DNA of 64,000 nucleotides from a virus: positions 32,001 through 96,000 of IMG/VR virus record IMGVR_UViG_3300021087_000857. The stretch is one strand, 5' to 3'. Position 1 is the stretch's first letter. Each line of letters begins with the position of its first letter. The position numbers and the translations under genes are program-made. Positions 57,220 to 64,000 of this stretch are shown one piece after another. Below the pieces are notes generated by a model. That model saw only the letters and a list, made by a program, of their open reading frames with translations, had not been told where the DNA came from and did not search any database.

Positions 57220-57722
57220 TTTAAAAACTCCTTGATATCAAGTTCGTACTTTATACTGTCTATATGATGTATACCCAGTAAGTACAGACAGTAACTAGCT
57301 ACACTACTGCCCCTTCCTACACCTAATACAATGTTATGCTTGTCACATGTATCTACTAAGTGTAGCAAGAATTTTAGCACAATAATCATTCCTCGTTTTT
57401 CGTATTCAACGAGTTCTGTATATACTCTATCACGTTGTTGTGCATTTGTACAACGTTCCATTAACCATTCGTGGATATTTAAATCCTTGTAACTGTCTGG
57501 CATATTCCATTTATTTAAACAATCCTCAACATATGTATCAGTTGTATTTTGTGGTTTTGCATCAATAAATCTATCTAAATCAAATGTTTGACACCATTCG
57601 TTATATATATTTATGGGTTTTGTATCTTCAACAATTACATCTGTAACGTTATTTCCACTTAACCAACCTGTAACAATATCTTGCTCAGATACTACATATT
57701 GCTTGTTTTTATTCATCTGCAT
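57216..57722 (-). CDS. dnaE: DNA polymerase III alpha subunit fragment (split DnaE)
   Basis: RVYTEL...GVGRGSSVASYCLYLLGIHHIDSIKYEL..EFL. Confidence 0.8.
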   Translation of the reverse strand: MQMNKNKQYVVSEQDIVTGWLSGNNVTDVIVEDTKPINIYNEWCQTFDLDRFIDAKPQNTTDTYVEDCLNKWNMPDSYKDLNIHEWLMERCTNAQQRDRVYTELVEYEKRGMIIVLKFLLHLVDTCDKHNIVLGVGRGSSVASYCLYLLGIHHIDSIKYELDIKEFLK

Positions 57723-57734
57723 CCCATTATTATA

Positions 57735-58034
57735 TTACTTTTCCTTGTAAAAGTCAAGTATTTCTTTAATTGATTTATCTGGCGCCGGTCCGGTAATTTC
57801 ACCAATATCTAATACAGAACCATCTTCTTTTTCATTTTTTGCATAAGTCTCAGACTGGGCTATTTGTCTCTTATGGTCTCTAATTAATTCAATAAACAAA
57901 TTAATCTGGTCAACAAGTCCCTCGCCCATTTGAGCTTTATTGGCAGCTAACACTTTTTTAAGCATTTGCTTTTCAAACTCCATAGCTTCACCCATGGTTA
58001 ATTCGCTAAGTGGCTTACCTTCGTAGTCAATCAT
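57735..58034 (-). CDS. Hypothetical protein
   Basis: Coupled ORF. Confidence 0.7.
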   Translation of the reverse strand: MIDYEGKPLSELTMGEAMEFEKQMLKKVLAANKAQMGEGLVDQINLFIELIRDHKRQIAQSETYAKNEKEDGSVLDIGEITGPAPDKSIKEILDFYKEK

Positions 58035-58438
58035 AGATCGCCGTCTTGTCTATTTTCACTGTAGTATGCATCAAATGATCCACCTGGATAACGTTTTTCT
58101 AGTTTGCTTACATTTTCTGCAATTACTTCGTTAGGGTCCAAGCCAAGTGCCCTACAAGAATTAACCCAATACCAAATAATATCGCCAAGTTCTCGTTTAG
58201 CATGAAATACAGTTTCATCGTCCATAGGTTTGCCTTGGAAGATACATTTTTTAACAATTTCTGCAAATTCGCCTCCTTCTGATGCAATTCCAATTGCACC
58301 TGTTAATAGTGTTGCTACATTAACACCGTTTCCTTCTAGCTCATACATTCTTTCTATCATAGGATGAATATCATTAGATGCATCGCTAGTTACTTCTTCT
58401 ACAAATTCTTTGTATTTGTTTAGATCAATATTTTTCAT
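58031..58438 (-). CDS. MazG-like NTP pyrophosphohydrolase
   Basis: EGGEFAEIVKK, RELGDIIWY and NVSKLEKRY. Confidence 0.9.
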   Translation of the reverse strand: MKNIDLNKYKEFVEEVTSDASNDIHPMIERMYELEGNGVNVATLLTGAIGIASEGGEFAEIVKKCIFQGKPMDDETVFHAKRELGDIIWYWVNSCRALGLDPNEVIAENVSKLEKRYPGGSFDAYYSENRQDGDL

Positions 58439-58822
58439 TTATTCTACCTTTGGTAATTCTATTGCATTTGCGTTTGCTTCAACTTTTTCCATATCAAAGT
58501 TTACGCTCTCTCCACAACCACAACTGCTTGATGCTGATGGGTTTACTACTTCTAACATTGTTCCCATTACGTCTTGTTTTAACTCAAGTGTGGTTCCAAA
58601 TAAAAACATAATGCTAGAACTGTCAACGGCCATTTTTCTTCCGTTATCCATTATAATAACATGATCTGCTTTTTTGTCAAGTTCATTTTCTTCTTTTAAT
58701 TTCCAAACATAACTGAATCCTGCACAACCGCCTCCTTTAAGGCCTAACACAGGAATTTTACCTTCGTTCGCATCGCTGATACCAGTTAGATGGTTCATTG
58801 CTTTTTCTGTGACTTTAATCAT
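58439..58822 (-). CDS. A-type Fe-S carrier (HesB/IscA/SufA)
   Basis: GGGCAGFSY and NPSASSSCGCGES. Confidence 0.92.
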   Translation of the reverse strand: MIKVTEKAMNHLTGISDANEGKIPVLGLKGGGCAGFSYVWKLKEENELDKKADHVIIMDNGRKMAVDSSSIMFLFGTTLELKQDVMGTMLEVVNPSASSSCGCGESVNFDMEKVEANANAIELPKVE

Positions 58823-59019
58823 TACTTGCTTCCTATATAACCTGCTATGATTCCTATCAATCCAGTCAGTGCCATTTTCATTAAAGTAATAACACTTTCG
58901 TCTACTGGTCTATTTTCTTGTAATGCAACATAATAGTCGCCTACAATAATAATTCCTAATAGTGAAAGTACACCTACTACTAACGCTACTATAATTAAGT
59001 CTTTTAAATTTTTGATCAT
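58822..59019 (-). CDS. Small two-TM membrane protein
   Basis: Two hydrophobic helices. Confidence 0.7.
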   Translation of the reverse strand: MIKNLKDLIIVALVVGVLSLLGIIIVGDYYVALQENRPVDESVITLMKMALTGLIGIIAGYIGSK

Positions 59020-59531
59020 TGTTCTATCTCCAAAGCGGACAAGAGTTCTATCTCTTCTCCATTTAGGTATTTTAAGTTAACTACTGTTATACCACCTAAT
59101 ACCATTGCACCAGTTTGTTCACATAACTTTTTACTAGCAGTCATGCTACCACCTGTTGCAACTAAATCGTCTGCTATTACAACTCTACTTGTATGACCCA
59201 ATATACCTTCTTGCAATGTAAGTGTATCTGTTCCATATTCGAGTTCATAACTTTCTTCTAACAGCTTACCTGGGTATTTAGCACCTTTTTTGCGAATCAT
59301 AACAAAAGGCACATCTAATTCTTGTGATAATGCTGCTCCTAGTACAAAACCTCTGCTTTCAATACCAACTATATGTGTTGGCATAAACTCAACATGGTCA
59401 CGTAACTCTTCTGCCATTTCTTCTACTAAACTTGTCCACAAATTACTTGCAAACAAACTGTTTATATCATAAAAATTTACACCTTCTATAGGGTAATCTG
59501 GTACTGTTCTAATATAATCTTTTATGTTCAT
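59016..59531 (-). CDS. apt: Adenine phosphoribosyltransferase
   Basis: PDYPIEGVNFYDI, GIESRGF, IRK, YELEYG and ADDLVATGGS. Confidence 0.93.
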   Translation of the reverse strand: MNIKDYIRTVPDYPIEGVNFYDINSLFASNLWTSLVEEMAEELRDHVEFMPTHIVGIESRGFVLGAALSQELDVPFVMIRKKGAKYPGKLLEESYELEYGTDTLTLQEGILGHTSRVVIADDLVATGGSMTASKKLCEQTGAMVLGGITVVNLKYLNGEEIELLSALEIEQ

Positions 59532-60445
59532 TATATATTCCACTCCTTGTTTATTTTTCCTTCACTTGGTCCATTGGCTTGTGTTATATTGGGAAGTTTT
59601 GGCGAAACTGTAAAACCTGCATGCAGTATCCATTCCATCCATAATGTATGTGCAGATGACATTACTGCTATAGATCTACGATTAGCCATATAGCTCAATA
59701 GTAAGCTACTAAGTAATTCAATTGGATTATTTGCAAATATTTTGTTGTTGGGTTCGCTAAAGTCAAAAGCAAATATATGATCATTAACAAAAGGTACACT
59801 TGCAGCTCGTTCAGTAATAACACAATCATCTGCACTTAGACAAGTTGGACTATGAAACATATTTCCAAAATCTACTTCATTATTAATCCAATCACGTAAT
59901 TGATTTTTAAATCTTTCTTTATTTGTATTAACCCAATCTTCACCTTCAAAACGTTTGATCATTAAATCCCATCTTAGCTTTATTACTGCAACATACTTAT
60001 TAGGTGCAAGGTAAGGTTGTGCAAGTAAAAACGATTGATGTGCTGACCATACTTGCCCTACTGTTCCTTTTATTCTTTCTTTTGCAAAGTCAATATAACT
60101 TACATCTGAATTACCTTTAAGAATATCCATATAGTCAGACTTTCTATACCATAGATCTTTTGTTTGGAAAAATTGTTCCCATACAGGAAAGTATCCGTCA
60201 TCATCGTATTTAAAATTTATAATATTATCCCAAATTATTTCTTGATCTTCACTCCTATATTCTTTAAACTTTTGTTTTACTTCGTCATGTGGATCTTCTT
60301 GATCTGCCCAAGTATGCCCAAACAAGTCACAATCGTATTCATCAAATAATTCAAGTATTTCATAAAAATCATTTGTGTATTTTTCATTTTTATTAAAATG
60401 TCTTGTTTGCCCACTGACACAAATTGCTATTTTCTTTTTAGTCAA
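59531..60445 (-). CDS. Uncharacterised, possibly glycosyltransferase-like protein
   Basis: KIAICVSGQTR, FGHTW, IKLRWD and NDHIF. Confidence 0.6.
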   Translation of the reverse strand: MTKKKIAICVSGQTRHFNKNEKYTNDFYEILELFDEYDCDLFGHTWADQEDPHDEVKQKFKEYRSEDQEIIWDNIINFKYDDDGYFPVWEQFFQTKDLWYRKSDYMDILKGNSDVSYIDFAKERIKGTVGQVWSAHQSFLLAQPYLAPNKYVAVIKLRWDLMIKRFEGEDWVNTNKERFKNQLRDWINNEVDFGNMFHSPTCLSADDCVITERAASVPFVNDHIFAFDFSEPNNKIFANNPIELLSSLLLSYMANRRSIAVMSSAHTLWMEWILHAGFTVSPKLPNITQANGPSEGKINKEWNI

Positions 60446-61631
60446 AACAAATCTCCGGTAAGTATTCAGTTATACTTTGCTTACGTATGCGATCTAAACT
60501 TCGTGTGTATGCTTTTGCTCTGTCCCATGCTATTGGATTATCAGGACCACTAAACATATTTTTTAATTCTTGTACTTTCCATTCTGGAAGAATATCACTT
60601 ATTTGTTTATGAATATCTTCACGCATTGATTTCGGCAATACAGACGGACTTAGTATATCGGGATCATACACATAGTTGTGATGTACCCATACTCCATGTT
60701 TATTATGGAAAAAGTCATAAAACTTTCCTAGTGTGCTATAATTCATAAAGCTCACAGTTTGTGCTACATCAAGTTCAAAGTTTTCTTCTTTTAAACGCAA
60801 GAAGTTTTTCATAACATCGTCCCATTTGGTTGGGTGTCGTATGTATTCATTGCGTTCAGCTAAATCATCAATACTACAACTAATTTTAACTTTATCAAAC
60901 TTACGCCATAACTCAATTATTTCTTCACTCATAAGAGTCATGTTAATATTGTACCATAATTTAACATCTGTTTTGCCCATTTCAACTAAACGTTCTAAGA
61001 ACTTAAAATGTTGTTTAATCATAGTAGGCTCGCCGCCATTAATATAAAATGTTTTTACATCATTACAATGCTTGAATAGGTCTTCCCAAAATCCATCTCG
61101 TTCGGGCCATCTAAAACCTTGCATAGTATTGTAATTGGTTATATTAAATGGCAAGTCTGCTTGTAACTTATCGTAATCATTACGCCATTTACTACTGCTT
61201 GCAGGGTTACAGGTTCTACATGCTACATTACAGGTATTACCTAAACGTAATTCTACAAAGTCTAATTGCACATCTTGTATATAACCATCAGCATCAGTAA
61301 CAGATTGTGCTACATCTTGTGTATAATTGGGATAGTTTTTTATCTCGCCCAGTCTTTTAGACTGCATTCCTTTATCTTCTTCATTATAGCAACGCATACA
61401 TGCTTGTGGCTTTTTATTATCAAGTACTTCTAGCCTAGCCTTGCAAAAACTTTCACTGTTCATAGTATCATGTACAGTATCTTGATTGAGATTGTAGTAG
61501 CGATGTCCATTTTCATTATTATCACGACTGCTACTAATTGCATCACGGTGATCTGCAATACAGCAATGTGTTACACCACCATGTGGGTGTGTAGCTAAAT
61601 GCTGAAATAACAGTGGACAAAATGTGCTCAC
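60438..61631 (-). CDS. N-terminal twitch-domain radical SAM protein
   Basis: FCPLLF..HCC..CMRC; CNVACRTC; NGGEP. Confidence 0.92.
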   Translation of the reverse strand: MSTFCPLLFQHLATHPHGGVTHCCIADHRDAISSSRDNNENGHRYYNLNQDTVHDTMNSESFCKARLEVLDNKKPQACMRCYNEEDKGMQSKRLGEIKNYPNYTQDVAQSVTDADGYIQDVQLDFVELRLGNTCNVACRTCNPASSSKWRNDYDKLQADLPFNITNYNTMQGFRWPERDGFWEDLFKHCNDVKTFYINGGEPTMIKQHFKFLERLVEMGKTDVKLWYNINMTLMSEEIIELWRKFDKVKISCSIDDLAERNEYIRHPTKWDDVMKNFLRLKEENFELDVAQTVSFMNYSTLGKFYDFFHNKHGVWVHHNYVYDPDILSPSVLPKSMREDIHKQISDILPEWKVQELKNMFSGPDNPIAWDRAKAYTRSLDRIRKQSITEYLPEICFD

Positions 61632-61636
61632 TGAAT

Positions 61637-61987
61637 TTATTCCTCGTCTGTAATATCTATAGGATCATCAAATCCTGGTCTATCCATAAGCCCCATGCCA
61701 GATGGGTCGCTCATATAATATGGATCGTTAAACATTGGATCGTCTTCGCTTGTTACACCTTTAATCTCTGGAACAAAATGCATAAGTGTAGATTCTACGC
61801 CCATTTGTAGAGTAGCAGTGCTACTAGCACAACCACTACAACTTCCGCTCATTTGTGTGTGTAATATTCCTGTTTCTTCATTAAAGTTTAGTATGTTTAT
61901 TTGTCCACCGTGCATTGCTACGTTAGGTGCAACGTATTCTTCCATAACTTCATCTACTTGTTTAAGTATTTCTTCTTTAGTTCTCAT
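61637..61987 (-). CDS. NifU/Nfu Fe-S carrier domain protein
   Basis: PNVAMHGG...MSGSCSGCASSTATL..GVE. Confidence 0.92.
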   Translation of the reverse strand: MRTKEEILKQVDEVMEEYVAPNVAMHGGQINILNFNEETGILHTQMSGSCSGCASSTATLQMGVESTLMHFVPEIKGVTSEDDPMFNDPYYMSDPSGMGLMDRPGFDDPIDITDEE

Positions 61988-62087
61988 AGCCTTGCTCCTT
62001 ACGTGCTTTACCTACAATAAAGCCTGCTAAAAAACTTGCTGCCATTACTGAGCAGATTGCTAATAAGTGCCATATGATAAAACTCAT
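61977..62087 (-). CDS. Small membrane peptide (36 aa, not in ORF track)
   Basis: MSFIIWHLLAICSVMAASFLAGFIVGK...; SD GGAG upstream. Confidence 0.45.
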   Translation of the reverse strand: MSFIIWHLLAICSVMAASFLAGFIVGKARKEQGYEN

Positions 62088-62088
62088 A

Positions 62089-62256
62089 TTATTCTCCTTG
62101 TTCTACCGCTTCTATACGGTGATGAGGATATGCCTTCGGGCGTACCTCTTTTAATTTTTCCATGTATTGTTGTGCTTCAGTTTCAGTTTCAAAACGTGCA
62201 ACTGCTACCTCATCATGAATTCGAGGTGTATAAATTATTTCGTACATATTATTCAT
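62089..62256 (-). CDS. Hypothetical protein
   Basis: Start MNNMY overlaps the ferredoxin stop. Confidence 0.6.
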   Translation of the reverse strand: MNNMYEIIYTPRIHDEVAVARFETETEAQQYMEKLKEVRPKAYPHHRIEAVEQGE

Positions 62257-62602
62257 CGCCCTTTCCTGGCTTGTAAGATAAATGTTCTCGTTTATCTTTA
62301 ACTTTTGCCCATTCTTCTGCATCTGGCGGTACATCTTCTGGCCGTGCTAATGTAATATTAGGCCATTCCTCAGACATGTCTGCATTAAACTTATACCAAA
62401 AATCATAATCTTCTCCCTCTAATGCATTGTCTGGAACAATAGCATCTACAGGACATTCTGGTTCACATACACCACAGTCAATACACTCATCTGGGTTAAT
62501 TACTAAAAAGTTTTCACCTTCATAAAAACAATCCACAGGACAAACTTCTACGCAGTCCATGTGCTTACATTTAATACACTCGTCTTTAACTAAATATGTC
62601 AC
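62249..62602 (-). CDS. fdxA: 7Fe ferredoxin
   Basis: [18 protein letters not shown]...[14 protein letters not shown]. Confidence 0.95.
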   Translation of the reverse strand: MTYLVKDECIKCKHMDCVEVCPVDCFYEGENFLVINPDECIDCGVCEPECPVDAIVPDNALEGEDYDFWYKFNADMSEEWPNITLARPEDVPPDAEEWAKVKDKREHLSYKPGKGDE

Positions 62603-62603
62603 C

Positions 62604-62903
62604 TTATACTCCTAAAATTAATTTTGCTTCTTCACTCATCTTATCTGGACCAAAAGGCGGATCAAATGTGATCTGAACATCACAAGTTTTTATGCCATCT
62701 ACCATACATGCATCGTGAACGTCTTGTTTGATTTGGTCTGCCATTGGGCAAAACGCACTTGTTAACGTCATTACAATAACAACGTTTGAACTTACTATAT
62801 TTATTTCATATATTAAACCTAAGTCATATACGTTAATACTGATTTCTGGGTCATATACCTTACGTAAATTATCAATAATTACTTGTCTAATTTCTTTAGT
62901 CAT
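62604..62903 (-). CDS. SufT/DUF59 (MIP18) Fe-S assembly protein
   Basis: [26 protein letters not shown] and FDPPF...MSEEAK. Confidence 0.92.
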   Translation of the reverse strand: MTKEIRQVIIDNLRKVYDPEISINVYDLGLIYEINIVSSNVVIVMTLTSAFCPMADQIKQDVHDACMVDGIKTCDVQITFDPPFGPDKMSEEAKLILGV

Positions 62904-62904
62904 A

Positions 62905-63999
62905 TTAGTAAGACATTTTTTCCTCTACTGCAAACCATACAAAACTGTCTGTATTGTTCACAATATTAAACAGTGTTCTTACTCCAAATCCTGCAGCACC
63001 TTTTGGTGTTGTTGCTGAACCTTTTTTAGCCCAACACATACCAGCAATATCTAAATGTGCCCATGCAGTTTTTTTGTCTACAAACTTATATAAGAACTCA
63101 GCGGCAGTAGTCGACCCACCATATGGACCTCCAATGTTTTGCATATCTGCAATATCACTGTCGATCATCTTAGCCCAGTTTTTACCCATTGGCATACGAT
63201 AAAAACCTTCACCTGCTAATTCACCATTTTTAATAATTGTTTTTTCTAATGTATCACTGTTAGTAAACAATCCTGCCATTTCGTTACCTAGTGTTGCAAC
63301 AATGGCTCCTGTTAGTGTAGCAAGGTCAATAATAGCACCTGGTTTATATTCGTCTTGTACAAATGTTAAAATATCTGCAAGTACTAGTCTACCTTCTGCA
63401 TCAGTGTTTAAATTTTCTACAGTTTGTCCACTTAATGATGTAACAACATCACCTGGCTTAATTGCAGTTCCATCCGGCATATTTTCTACTAAACCTACAA
63501 TACCTATTACGTTCTTTTTTAATTTTTTACTAGCAATAGCATGCATGGCTCCAACAACTGCGGCACTACCGCCCATGTCGTATTTCATATCGCCCATGCC
63601 ACGTCCAGGCTTTAAACTAATACCACCTGTGTCAAATGTAACACCTTTGCCTACTAGTGCAATTGGCTCCGCTTCGTTTGGTCCATGTGCCCATTCCATT
63701 ACAACAACATAACTATCCTTTTCACTACCTTGTCCTACACTTAACAATAAGTTAAGACCCATTTCTTTTAGTTGTGCTTCGTGATAAATTTTTACGTTAA
63801 CACCCAATGGTGATAGTTGTTCGTTAATACGGTTAGCATATTCTGATGGATATAAAACGTTTCCTGGCTCACTAATCAAATCACGTGCAAAATTTATACT
63901 GGTTGATATGCCTGCCGGGTCTGCATCAAATTCTACTTGTGTTGGATCTGTTTTATATTTGTCAAAACTGTAACTTGCAAGTGCCATTCCTTCATTAAT
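62905..63999 (-). CDS. pepA: Leucyl aminopeptidase M17 (5'-truncated by window edge)
   Basis: VGKGVTFDTGG, MKYDMGG, NTDAEGRLVLAD, DLATLTGA and HLDIAG. Confidence 0.96.
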   Translation of the reverse strand: MNEGMALASYSFDKYKTDPTQVEFDADPAGISTSINFARDLISEPGNVLYPSEYANRINEQLSPLGVNVKIYHEAQLKEMGLNLLLSVGQGSEKDSYVVVMEWAHGPNEAEPIALVGKGVTFDTGGISLKPGRGMGDMKYDMGGSAAVVGAMHAIASKKLKKNVIGIVGLVENMPDGTAIKPGDVVTSLSGQTVENLNTDAEGRLVLADILTFVQDEYKPGAIIDLATLTGAIVATLGNEMAGLFTNSDTLEKTIIKNGELAGEGFYRMPMGKNWAKMIDSDIADMQNIGGPYGGSTTAAEFLYKFVDKKTAWAHLDIAGMCWAKKGSATTPKGAAGFGVRTLFNIVNNTDSFVWFAVEEKMSY

Positions 64000-64000
64000 A

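Noticed and set aside
1-64000. tRNA, rRNA, CRISPR array, integrase/transposase, intron or intein
   Set aside because: None recognised by eye, and intergenic gaps are very short. tRNAscan/Infernal were not run.
1-64000. Cellular (bacterial) chromosome origin
   Set aside because: T4-like rnh and gp44, a split dnaE, TAAATA motifs, many small orphan ORFs and long single-strand gene runs point to a phage, although no virion genes are in the window.

Overview
AT-rich, very gene-dense segment of a large (jumbo or T4-like) dsDNA bacteriophage, probably marine. The ferredoxin, Nfu, Prs and PepA resemble alphaproteobacterial proteins, which suggests that host (inference). Genes run on the + strand from 1 to about 49.2 kb (one inverted gene at 27.7-28.6 kb) and on the - strand from there to the end. 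Phage hallmarks are a T4 RNase H-like exonuclease, a gp44/RFC clamp loader, GroES, ThyX, Tdk, MazG, a DnaE fragment, an AAA+/vWA pair, sigma70 early promoters and TAAATA late-promoter motifs. The main feature is an expansion of 17 radical SAM genes, 14 of them in one ~25 kb cluster (23.6-48.9 kb). They are interleaved with an amidinotransferase, a PLP enzyme, a KdoO-like and an Asp/Asn-type hydroxylase, an SDR, an ABM protein, a sulfotransferase-like protein and MTA/SAH nucleosidase. The window also encodes an apparently matching cofactor supply: MetK, MtnN, Apt, Prs, IscA, Nfu, SufT and ferredoxin. Other notable signals: a preQ1-I-like pseudoknot upstream of queD-queE, two hairpins that sequester ribosome-binding sites around late promoters, a repeated terminator-promoter-operator module, split or nested radical SAM genes, and a MotA/ExbB-ExbD-like trio. 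No tRNA, rRNA, CRISPR array or structural virion genes were recognised. All functional calls come from motif recognition by eye, not from database searches.
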